From assembly GCA_016748015.1 (NCBI GenBank), contig JAAOMT010000543.1, positions 124,001 to 188,000 of the forward strand: a DNA stretch of 64,000 bases. The letters are read 5' to 3'. A program made the translations under genes and the position numbers. Numbering within the stretch: the stretch's first letter is position 1; every line of letters begins with the position of its first letter. Positions 52,368 to 64,000 of this stretch are shown piece after piece. The DNA is from Geosiphon pyriformis uo1 (taxonomy: Eukaryota > Fungi > Glomeromycota). Below the pieces are notes generated by a model. That model did not search any database. It was not told where the DNA came from and saw nothing but the letters and a program-made list of their open reading frames with translations.

Positions 52368-55300
52368 GTATCTATAAATTTACTTTTTAATATTTAATAG
52401 ACAAAGTATTTAAATCAGTTAAAGAAAACTTTGTTCTAATTTATTTAAATAACATAATAGTATAGTTTAGTAGATATTGTTTTTTACTCAAAAATTTTAT
52501 TAAAACAAAGTAGTTGTCCAATTCTATTATTATGTTTAATTAAAAAAAAATTATTAATAATTAGATTGGTTTGGTTTAAAAAGATTGTATTATTATTAGA
52601 TAGTAAGTTTAAAAAAAGTATCAATGTTTTGATAATAAATTTTTTTATAATATTGTATATTATAATTAAATTTATTTAGATAGAATATTTAGCAAGTTAT
52701 TTTTTTGTGTTTTAGTTTTTTTTTGTTGTGCAATCAAACCAAAGCTTGGTAATTTGTTATTATCAAAAACTTTATATTAAAAAAATACTTATTCTAATAG
52801 CCAGTAAACTATATTACTGCTAAGTATTTTTGTTCTGTGATTGAATAATTATGTTTTATTAAAAAGAGAGATTTGCTAGCATAAGTTATAACATGTTTTT
52901 TACTATTTTTATCTTTCTAAGAAAAAACAATATCAAGTTTAAAGCCAAATATATTAGTATAAAAAATTAATTCAGATTAGATTGTTTGAAAATAAGTTTT
53001 GTGATTAGTTTTTTTTTAAGATCTTAAATGCTTTTTATTAATATGCACTTCAGTAATAATTGACATTTTTTTTGAGTAGTTAATTAAAAAAAAAGGCGAT
53101 TTTGAAGAAATTTTTAACAAATTTTCAATAATAAGAGGCCAAACCAAGAAAAAAACATAGTTTATGAATATTTATTGATTGTTTAATGTTCTAGATTTTT
53201 TTAATCTTAACTAAATCAAAGAAAATTCCATTTTTTGTAATAAAATAACCAAAAAACTAAGTGGATTAAAATTCAAAGAAAAATTTAATTAGGTTAATCT
53301 TAAGGCCAGTATTTTTAAGAAGATCAAAATTTTTTTGTAAAGATTTAAGATGTTTATCCCAAATTTTTGAATATATTTAACAGCAAAAAGAATATTTGCA
53401 CAAATAATTAAATTTTTATTTAATTTACTAGAATCAATTATACAAAAGAAATAGAAAAAATTCTAACTGTTTTTAAAAAGTTATTAAATTTAAAGAAAGA
53501 AAAATTGTAATCTACAATATGTATACTAATTTATTAGCTAAATATTTTAAAAAAACAAAAACAATTCAGAAAACTTTAGCTTATTATTATTAGTCTATTT
53601 TAGAAAAACATATTGCTGATTACATTAAAATCTGTAATATTTGTTAAAAAAAAAAACTCAATTACAAAAAAATATCTATTTAATTTTTTTTGCCAACTAT
53701 TTGACAAAATTAATATAAATATTGTTAAATTTTTAATAATAATTTCTATAAAAACAAATATATTATCATAGCTATTGATTATCTTACAAAATAAATAGAA
53801 ACAAGAACCATTTCAGATCAAACAGCAGTTTTAATAGCTAATTTTATTTATAAAAATATTATTTATTATCATAGTTGTTTAAAAAACTTTTATTTAATAA
53901 AAAAAAACTTTTTTTAATACACTAATTAAAAAACTTTATAGAAAAATAGAAATATGCTATAAACTTTTTTTTTTATTACTTTTAACTAAATGACTTAATA
54001 AAATATTTCAATAAAATACTATATAAAACCTTAACCAAAATCAGTAAAAAACAAATTTATAAAACTAAGTACTGTTTTTAATCTTGTTTATTTATAGAAC
54101 TGTAAATTATAATATAACAAATTATAAATCTTTTTATCTGCTCTATAGACAAATAATAACTTTATCAATAAAAATAATATTGAAATAATACTCTTTAAAA
54201 AAATTATAATAAGAAATTACAAAGATATTTTGCAAAAAAAATTTAATACTATTCTTAACTTATTGGTTAAAACATAAATAATAGTCTTTAAAAAAATAAA
54301 ACAATTTTAAGAAAAGCTTAAGAAAAAAAATTTATAAAATACTTTTTTAAAATATTAGTAAATTAATTTTAAAATACTACTTAAACAAAGACAATATTTA
54401 TAGTAATAAATTTTTTAATCAGTAATAAAAATTTTTTTTAATTAATAAAGTTTTGAATAATAGTTTATATATTTTACAAAATTAATATAAAACAATTTTT
54501 AATAATTATTTTGTTTATGATACATAACTTAAAAAATATTACAAATAATTTAATTGGTTATCTATTGTAATAATACTAGCCCAAATGATTAATAAAAATC
54601 AAAGATAAATAAATACATTATTTTTAAAACAATAATATTTTCAATTAATATAAACAATTATTTTCTGAATTAAAACATTTAAAATACTTTTTATACTTTT
54701 TATAAGTATTAAATTAAAAACTATTTAAATACTACTTTAATTATTGGAAAACAAATTATCATAACTGATAACAATAGAATACATAGTATTATTAAACCAA
54801 AAAAAACCACTATTAAAAGAAAAAAAATTGGTAATAAGATAAATAAATATATGTATAAAAGCATAACAACTATATTATTATCTTCTAATATATTTGGAAA
54901 AACAATTAAAAAAATCTTGCTTATAAACAAAAATTTATTAAATAAAAAACAACTAAAGCTTTATAATTAACTTAATAAAATTATAAAAGATATAAAACTT
55001 ATAAAAAAACAACTTCTAAGATATAAGTAAAAATTTTAAATATTATATAACTAAATATTTTCAAAGTTTTAATTATTGTTAAAAGAATCAAAACTTTTAT
55101 ATAAAAATTTGGTCTTTTGAATACAAAACTTATTTTATTTTATGTATTATATATTTTATTTACAAAAAATTTTACCAAACTAATTAGTTTTAAATTAGAC
55201 AACATTTTTTAATTAGAATATTTTATAAATAGTTTAATTTTGTCAAAGCTTAATTTCTTTGAAAAAAATAATATTATAATTAAAATCTATAGTTTTTATT

Positions 55301-55830
55301 AATTTTTTTTTTTTTATTAAGCTTTTAATGAGTGAAGCCCAATCACTTATTAATTATTATATAATTAGCTACTTTATTTTTAATAATAATTGTTAATTTA
55401 ATTAATAATCTAATTATTAATTTAATTATTGATTTGATTAATAATTTGATTATTAATCTAATTGTTAATCTGATTATTGACTATTTTTAATAGCTATATA
55501 ATTAATAAATTTTTTAGTTATAAAAGAATATAATTAAAATAATAAAATAAAACTCATTATTAATTATTTTTTTTTATATTATTATTATTTTTTTTACTTT
55601 CAAATATCTGAATATTTTGAAATAAAAGATTACTTGTTGGCATTTATATATATTTTATCTTTTTTTTTTCTTGATTTATATTATTAAAATTAGTCTAAAA
55701 AGTAATTGTTTGCTTTTGTAATTTATTTAATAAAGAAAGGATTAAAAAACACAATAATATTTTTATTAATTTTAAGAATTGTTAAGTTAAAACATAAAAT
55801 AATAATAGTGATATTATTTTGTTAACAATT
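52368..55830 (+). mobile_element. Very old Gypsy (family C) remnant: RT, inverted RT/RH block, integrase, possible 3' LTR from ~55271
   Basis: FVLIYLNNIIV (decayed YLDD) at ~52430-52460, minus-strand HVITYASK at ~52875-52900, IDYLTK*IE at ~53775. Extremely AT-drifted; the 3' boundary is uncertain. Confidence 0.55.
55303..55346 (-). mobile_element. 44-bp 5'-truncated LINE-type insertion with poly(A) and TSD
   Basis: Minus strand GTGATTGGGCTTCACTCATTAAA matches the LINE 3' end at 313-335 in 19 of 23 positions. T13 run at 55303-55315. TTATTAA on both sides. Confidence 0.65.
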
Positions 55831-55989
55831 ATAGATTATTTTTTTACTTTTAGATTTTCAGAAAAAATTTACCAAAAATTTTTTCTCTTGTCAATCTCTT
55901 AATTATGATGAGAGCAAAATTTTATTGAAGTTTTATTTAGTCTTTTCTCTTTTTCCCCTTGTTTCCTCTCTAATTATTTCTTTCAATTT

Positions 55990-57952
55990 TCTTTTTTTTG
56001 TTGTTATAGATCCAATAAGCATTTCTGTTAGTGGTTCTGGTTTAGACTCGACTGGTTTGAGAATTTGTTCGAATGTTAAAAGCAAGTATATAGAAAGTGT
56101 TTACTCCTGAAGTATATCTTATAAAAAGCCAAAGAAGTCTGTTGTTAGTGTTAGTATAATTGACTTATCTACTAGTCTATTGAATCTTATTGATATTGAT
56201 GTTTTTGATAAGAAGCCTGTAGTATTATGGAATAGCAAAGTTGGCAGTATTAATAGCAATGTAAACAGACTATCAGATGTCAAAAATATGACAAACACAG
56301 TTGCTAAGGAAACCAGTTATGCAGAATCAAGTAAAGATAATAATATAGATGATGCTACTCCAAGAAAAACTCGCACTCAAACATATGTACTGGGCAATTC
56401 ACCAAAGTAACCTGTTTTCAAACATATAGGTGACAATAATAAAGTGCTGGAACTTTTTTCTCATGTGATTGTTGGATTTAATTAGTTGCTGCCACTTGAG
56501 TTACATGTCCCAGAAAGACAGAGTTTCAATTTGACAAAATTTTTTGCACTTGATATTGAGCTTTTTGCAGTATCTGGCAAGTCAGTTAGTGATAAGTTAA
56601 TTTCAGTAAAAAAGTTTTTTTATCAAGTGGATGGTTTTGGAAAAGCTTCAACTTTCTCAAAGTTCTTAGGAATTATTAGATCATTTTTTACATCTGAATC
56701 AAATTTGAAAAAGGCAAGAAAATTGGCTGTCAGCGAAAATATTCTAGTTAATAATAATATTAGACAGATAAACAAATGCTTGGATCAGAAAATTGTCATT
56801 AAGGAAATTTCTGTCAATCTTCCCAAATCGGCTGTGGAATCTGTTTTTTCCAGGTTTGGCAAGATTGTGTCTATCAAGATGCAATTGGTTGGTTTGTAGC
56901 AAAAAGCTTTTATGAAGTATGAATCATCTGAATTAGCTGATTTGGTCACAGCTAAATAGTCTGTTTTCATGAGGAAAGACTCTGTATATGTGACAAAGAC
57001 AATTGATAACAAACAAATATAGATACTGAGAAATTATCATTGGGCTTTATTGTATACTCTCCCAATTGGTATCACAGTTCATGATTTGTCAAATTTGCTG
57101 AATTTATATGGTGAAAAGACTTGTATCATTGGTCATAATCTCAGTTCATATGTACATGATAGATGTGCAATTGTGTGTTTTGCTAATAAAGCATCCAAAT
57201 TGGCTGTTATTGGTTCTACTACAGTGTTTAAAGATATGAATTTACACTGAACTAGTCTCTCTTTGGCCTGCTGTGCATTGTACAAACAATTTGGTTACAT
57301 CTCAAGTAATTGTTCTTTGAGTGAGAGTTCAAATGTTTATGGTAGACAGATGGTGACTGCTCAAGATCAGATTTGTTTAGCCAATATATATAAGAAGAAG
57401 CAGTCCCTAATTGCCTGCCCAGTTTCTTTTGGTAGTAAAACTTGGGCCCAAGTTGTTGGTGGCTCTTCTTTATATGTGGTTCTTTTGTTTTTTTCTGGTA
57501 CTAAATTGTCTTTTGGTACTGGAATCTCTTTTGCAATCCTTGCTCCTCCTGGTAATTCTGACTTACATGACTGTTTGGTTTCTCTAAAACACTCTGTAGA
57601 GCTTCTGTCAGACCAAGTTTCTGGTATCTTAAAAAAGTTGAGCTTTGTTGAGTTGATGTCTTTGGCACTCTTACTTTTTATCGCCTTTTTTGTTGCTTCT
57701 GCATCTTTGAAGTTAGGTTTGAATTTGGATATGGCTGTGGATAATGTGCTGATGCCATCTGTTTCTCCTTTCACTGGTGTTAGTGTTGATATGTCTGGTT
57801 TCAGCTTTAGTAGTTCCAAGGTTCTGACCACTAAGGTGGGTGGTTTGGAGTCTAAAATAGTGGCATTAGATGTATTGGTTAATTCAGTTTTGGTGAGATT
57901 GAATTGTTTGTGTTCTGGCTTGGGTTTGTCATTTCTCTTTAATTTTCAATGA
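55990..57952 (+). pseudogene. LINE ORF1
   Basis: ORF fragments 56180, 56486 (RRM-like IVIKEISVNLPKSAVESVFSRFGKIVSIK), 57050 and 57263, with a decayed Cys knuckle and a C-terminal heptad region. Start approximate. Confidence 0.7.
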
Positions 57953-60900
57953 GTGATTTGATTTGGAAAATTGCCATATGCAATATTAGAAGTATAAACA
58001 ATTCTGTGAAACAGGCTGATATAATTTGTTGGCATAAAGAAGTAAACAATTTGATTTCTGTTGTTACTGAGACTAAGTTGAAGAATAAGATCTGTCTATA
58101 GATTATGAATAAGTTTGATGATGTTTGGGTCTTTAATTCTGATTTAAACTTTGGTCATTTGGGGTCTGGTGTTGAAATTATTATGAACAATTTGGTGGCA
58201 AGGCATGTGTGTAAGATTTCTGAGATACCTGGTTGGCTCTTTTCTTTCAAGTTACTCTTCAAAAATAAACTTTCTGTTTTAATTCTGGAGTTCTATACTG
58301 GTGTTTTTTCTGTGGTTCAATTTTTCCAAGCTAATAATATCAATTCTATGATTGCTAAAGCCATGAATGAATTCTCTTTCATTGTTTTGAGTGGTAACTT
58401 TAATAAGAATAGCTCCCATAAGTGCACTAGTTTCAAAAAGTGTTTGAATTTTGGTTTGGTTAATTCCTTAGGTAGGAGTTCTTATGTGAAAACACTGACA
58501 TGAACTAACTCTCAGGGTGTGGCTAAGACAATTAATTTCTTGTTCATTTCTTTAAACTTGGTTAATGCTATAATAGATTATGATGTATTTAATGTTGGGG
58601 AATTTTTTGATACTAATTATCAGACTGTTTTCATGTTGATGGGTTTGGGCAGATTGCTTGATATGTAGCTGAACTTCTTTCACAAACAAGTAAATAGGAA
58701 TTGTTGAAAATTTGATTACAAAGATGCAAATAATGTCAAATGGACCAAGTTTAAAGAGGATATGACAGTGAATGCTGCTATGTTTCATAACAAGTTTTTT
58801 GTGTTTGGGAAGCACTCAGACTTGGATGCAATGTAGAATACACTTCACAGAATGGTATGTTTATCAGTTGATACAGTTTTTAAGAAAAAATGGTCCAAAA
58901 GCTATGACAGTGTTTTTACAAAGAAATTATTAAGATTTCACAAGCTGGAGCTTTTGGTGTCTAAAATTATTAAGGCTTCTTATCTAGTTTTTAGTAAGAA
59001 GTTTGTGTCTTTGTTTATTAAGTGGCACAGTTTGGATGCAGTCAATGCCTCTGTAGTGAAGTTTCTCTTTCTTTTGGGTTTTTATTTTAACACTATTTGT
59101 TCAACTTTGGTTAAGGTTAGGAAGTCTTATCATTCTTCTAAGATGTCAAAATTGAAGCATGTTAGAGTTTCTTAAATCAGATTGTTAATTGATAAGAGGA
59201 TGGAAAGCTTTGAATTAAACAAGGTTTATACTATCAGGAGTGTATTAGAGTGTCTTTTTTGTAAGATTACTTTGAATCACCTAGTTGTTAATAACAAATT
59301 GGTTTTGGATTCTGATCTGGTTAAGGCCAAGATGGATGTGATTATGGAGGGGTGAACTAAAAAGCATGTGATGGTGACTGATATTTCTGATGACTGGTGT
59401 CACCAATATCAACCTTTGAAATATGTTTTTGATAATACTTTCTCTAATGTAATGTGTCTGATTGGTTTTGATAAGATGCACAGTGTGATTTTGAATCTGC
59501 CTAATGAAAAAGTAGTTGGTCTCTTTGGCATCTTAAATAAATTATGAAAACATTGTAACAAGTCAGTCTTGAATATGCTTTTAGTGCTTCTGAATTTTTG
59601 TTTGTGTTATGAGTCTGTTCCTGAGTCTTAGAAGAAAGCTTGGGTGTTAATAATTTCCAAACTGTATGAGTGAAAGAGAGTTCTTATAAATACCTATCCA
59701 ATTGTTTTGATTGAAATGGCTTATAAGATCCTTTTCAAAATTTTTTTAAACAAGATTTTTTTAGTATGCAGTGTTTTTGATGTTCTTAGAAAGAATAATA
59801 TTTCTGTTTTAAAAGGCACAATGACACAATCTCTTATTTTTGTAATTGGCTTAATTATTGAAAATGCTTTGGAAAAGAACCATGAACTATGACTTGTCTT
59901 GCAGAACATGTGGAAAACTTATGACTTTGTTAGATGGGAGCATCTTAGTAAAAGCTTAGTCAAGATAAAGATGTGTGATAAATCATTTGATTTTTTGGCA
60001 GTATTCACAACAGTCGGGTCAACAGAATTATGACTGATTTTGGATTAACAAGTGATTATTAGATGCATAATGATTTGAACCAAGGGGAGATATTTTCACC
60101 TCTTCTTTGGCACATATTTTATGATTCTTTGTTGTGTAAAGTCAAAAGGCAGGAAAGTGTATGTGGATACAGATTGAATTTGTATTTCATTGCCAGAATT
60201 GGTCGCTAGAATTTCAAGCTGGTTTGATATCTTTACTTGCTGCTGATGCATTTGTTGATAATACAATTTGGGTTGGTAGCAACCAAATTGCTACTCAGCA
60301 TATTCTCAACATTACTAATGAATTTTTTCAGTTCAATGACATTTCAATTAACAATGACAAGACTGTGACCATTCCTGTTAATTGCAGAGTTGCATGCCTT
60401 TTCTTGTTGATCAGTGGCCTGCCTATTTTTATTGCTAAAAAAGGGGAGTCTTATTGGTACCTAGGTATTTTTTTGTTTACTGAGGGCTTGTCAAAGCTTA
60501 GCTTGGCTAAGACTCATGTAGATGTTCATTTTTTTGCCAATTTTGTGTTAAAAAAAACTATCTCTAATAAACAGTTCTTGTATTTAGTGTTAGTGGTTTT
60601 TTTTCTGATTGTCAGCTATAGATCTCAATTTAGTTTTGTTCCTGTTAATGTGTATAATAAATGGGACACTTTAATTCACAAGAGCTTGAAATTCAAATCT
60701 GGTTTTCTACATGACTTCTCTAATAATGCATTTTATTATCTTTTATTGTATAATTTAAAGACTTTTAAACAAATTTATGCTGAAAGCAAGTCTACTTCCA
60801 TTGTTTGATTTTCGAATTCAATTGGCATTCTGGATTATTTGTTTGCATACAGATCACATGATCTGCAAGTGCTTAGCTGAAATTCTCACCATTCTTTGCT

Positions 60901-62635
60901 TTTTTCTTTTCATGTTAATATTAACTCATTAAATAATTTTTTGGCTGGTATAGTCCACATATTTTTGAAGTGTAATTTGTCTCTGGATGGTCTTGTGACT
61001 AATGTCTTTTGTTTTTAGAATGGTACCCTTTTGTCTTTTGTTTTTGGTGGTCTTAAGTTTTTCAAATATGTTTCTTCACTTTGGCAGTATGAAATTGCTT
61101 TTGCTAAGCAGCTTTGCAATTGTGCTGGTATAGTTTTTGATTGGAAAATGTTTAAATGGTGGAAAAAATTAGACCCACATGGCCTAATTCCTAATTGGTT
61201 CAAGCTTTCTGTTCATTTTCTTAATGGTGCTTCTTCTTCTTTTATTTGTTTACCTATTTTGGGGAGTGTTGATTCATTGGACATTCTTGAGTTTTATGAA
61301 TTTGGGATTATTTGTGACCATTTGTTGGGTGTTGATGCTGGTCACTTTTCTGTTTATATGGATGGTTCTCTTAGCAGTTTGGGAACTCCTGACATAAAGG
61401 CTAGTATGACAGTTTTCTTTGAGAATATTGGTTTAGGTTTGAGTGTTGAGGTTTCTGGATTGGTGTCCTCCACTATGGCCAAACTACAAGTTGTTGTTTT
61501 GGCACTTGAGTGTATTCTTTCTTCTAGTTTAGTTCACATTTTTTCAAACAGTCAGTCTGCTCTGGATGCATGTAAATTGGAATTGGATTTGTTGTGTCCT
61601 AATTTTTGAAATTGGTATTGAGTTGAGCATCATCACATCATGGGTGTCATTTGTAAAAAGAATTTGGTGGTTAGTTGGCATAAGGTTAAGGATTATTTAG
61701 GAGTCTTGGACAATGAGCATGCTAATGCTTTTGCAAAGGCTGCTTGCTTCTCTAATTGGTATTTTTCTTACTATATTGCTAATTGTTATATTAAAACTGG
61801 TAGTGGTATTGTTTTTGCTAATTCTAGACATTTTTTTCGTGATGTATTTTGGTCTGTCTATTAAGTATGCTGGAAGATTGGCTCTGGTTCTCGAGTTTTG
61901 GTAAACACTCTGTGTGCTGATATTAATTGATTTAAGTCATTTTTGGTGTGGTATTCTAATTTGCATTTGGCCTCTGGTTTTACTAATAGAAGTATTGCTG
62001 AAGCTTATACTAATTTTATGAAGGCTTTATATTACTGGCTTTCTGTTGTTGTTTACAAGTGTTTGTATGCCAAAAATTATCCAAATGTGATATGTTTGTT
62101 TTGTGAAGATATTGAGATCTCAAATCACACTTTCTTCTGCTTATTCAATTCTGATGTTTGTGTTCAGTTGTTGGACACCTATACAGCCAATTAGAGAGTG
62201 ATTTCTAGTCTGTCTTGTTCAGTTTCATGTATGTTATAGTGTTTGAGTTTCTGTTCTTCTAATGCTGCTGTGTGTGTGGCTTTGAGCAAGAGATTTGTCT
62301 TTAATGATTGGTATCAGAAGTCACTTTTTATTTTTAAAGATTCTAAAATTGTGGGTCGGATGGTTGTGAACTTTATGCGCAGATTTGGCCTTGTATTTAG
62401 AGAGAAGATTTGGTTGGCTCATGTCAAACACTGGGCTTTTATGGAGAAAAATGGACTAATTTCATATGATGAGTCTGTTCCGGTCTCAGTATTTGAACTT
62501 TTTTCAGTATTTTCTGTTGGTATAGTTAAATTGTTGGGTATTGCTGATATTATTAGTATTAGTTTTGGTTTTTGTAATTTTTGTCAGTTTTTTTCAGGTT
62601 TAGATAGTGTAGTTTTGGTTTATATAGATACATAG
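57949..62635 (+). pseudogene. LINE ORF2: AP-endonuclease, reverse transcriptase, RNase H, C-terminal zinc knuckle
   Basis: KIAICNIR, VTETKL and LSGNFN (APE); LQNMWKTYD, NQGEIFSP and FVDNT (RT); YMDGS, FSNSQ and WHKVK..DNEHANAFAK (RNase H); CLFC..EISNHTFFC. Confidence 0.9.
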
Positions 62636-64000
62636 TATTGTTCTGATCAGCCTGAATGGCTGGTTACATGTAGAAAATACATGATACATGCTTAGTTTAG
62701 ATTACTAAGTTGATGTATTGTACTAGATTGTGTTTAGATTTTACTCATTAAAGTAAAAAAAAAAAAATTTACAACTGTAATTTTTATGAAATTGATTATA
62801 TATATTAAATTTTTACTTATTTAATTCACTTTTTTATTGTAATTTTTTTTTTGATTATTTCTATTACTTTACAATTTTGTTTTTTTGCTATCTATTAACT
62901 TGTATTCTAATTTGTAACAATAATATAAAATAATTAATAAATAATTAATAATAATAAGTTATAATTATTAAAATTTAATAAAAGAGTATTTTTATAAAAG
63001 TTGTTTTGTAATTTAAGAAATATATATAAATAAAAATAGTTTTAAATAAAAAACAAAAAACTGTTTTTATCTTTAAATTAAAATTTTTGGTTTAATTTTA
63101 ATAAAACTTATTTTTTATTTAATATATAAATCTAAATATTGTTGTTGTAATTTAATTATAATTATTAACAAAATATTGATTTTTGATTTTTGATTTTTTG
63201 CTTTTATTAAAAACTAACTTGTAAAAAAAAATAATAATAAAAAATAATATTATAAATAGTTTAAAAAAAACATGTATACTATAAACATAAAATTAAATTC
63301 ATTAACAGTTTTGATAGTTTTTCAAAAAATTAAATAATACCAAAAAAATTTTATAACAAATGAAATAAGTTAAATATGTAATTATTAAAGCAACAAATTA
63401 TCAGAATCTTTGTTTTTTATAAAAGACAAAATTTTCAAATTGACAAATCTTTAAATATAACAGATTACAGTAAAGCACCAAATTACAGAAATCCATCCAG
63501 AAATATTATTTATAACAGCAACTATTAATGGTTGGATCTTACTTTATTAAGCAATAAGTTGGTACAAATTAACACTTTTTATTTTTTCAGTTGAAAAAGA
63601 TTAAGTTCTTGAAAATCAAGTGTACATTTTCAAGTCTTTAAACTGCTTGTAAGAATATTGATATGCACAAAGATCTGCCGAACAATGATCCTGAAACGTC
63701 AATAGTTGTAACATACAAGCCACCCATATCGGATGTATGGATGTATGTCCTTCACATCCCTAAATAAGCAATTGCACCCAAAATGGTGATGATTTTAAAA
63801 ATCACCAACCTAAGCGATTTTCCTTGGTTTTATCTAGCAATTTCTCTTTTCCTTCAGGCGGTTCTATTTGCTCTTTAAAATAAAAGAGCAAAGTAGAGTA
63901 TAAAAAAGGGACAAAATACAACTCATGGATGAATATGATTATTTATTAGCAGCTCTCGTGACTTTTCATGTTCTTTTTTGTCCGTTCACTAAAGTCGAAG

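Larger units (their letters stand above)
55900..62767 (+). mobile_element. Near full-length decayed LINE (ORF1 + APE-RT-RNase H-CCHC ORF2, poly(A) tail)
   Basis: Two-ORF layout, 3' UTR shared with 219-335, and an A-run at ~62755-62767. The 5' end is approximate. Confidence 0.9.

Noticed and set aside
62770-63380. Very AT-rich tract after the LINE tail
   Set aside because: Probably a decayed repeat, but no motif or boundary could be assigned.

Overview
AT-rich eukaryotic repeat region that looks fungal; the protein styles suggest Glomeromycotina, possibly Geosiphon-like (inference only). About 85% is a nested pile of decayed retroelements. Two related Ty3/Gypsy families (called A and B here) share the layout gag-PR-Cys-rich-dUTPase-RT-RH-IN-ORF3 and make 4-bp TSDs. 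There is also a third, much older Gypsy (C) and three copies of an RNase H-containing LINE family. The exception is a 6.3-kb element at 28620-34932, bounded by ~290-bp terminal inverted repeats and a TA duplication and inserted into a Gypsy ORF3. It carries three unrelated genes: (i) an intact 4-exon fungal gene with coiled-coil, PD-(D/E)xK nuclease-like and FunK1-type kinase domains (Crinkler-like); (ii) a Sola2-like DDD transposase with TGA at three probable Trp positions; (iii) a ~300-codon intronless HAD-like ORF that is open only if TGA=Trp (genetic code 4) and is almost missed by the ORF track. The best reading is that Mollicutes-related endobacterial DNA was captured, together with a fungal effector-like gene, in a Pack-type DNA transposon. 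A Nextera/Tn5 adapter next to the N-gap at ~7.2-7.3 kb marks a local assembly artefact.
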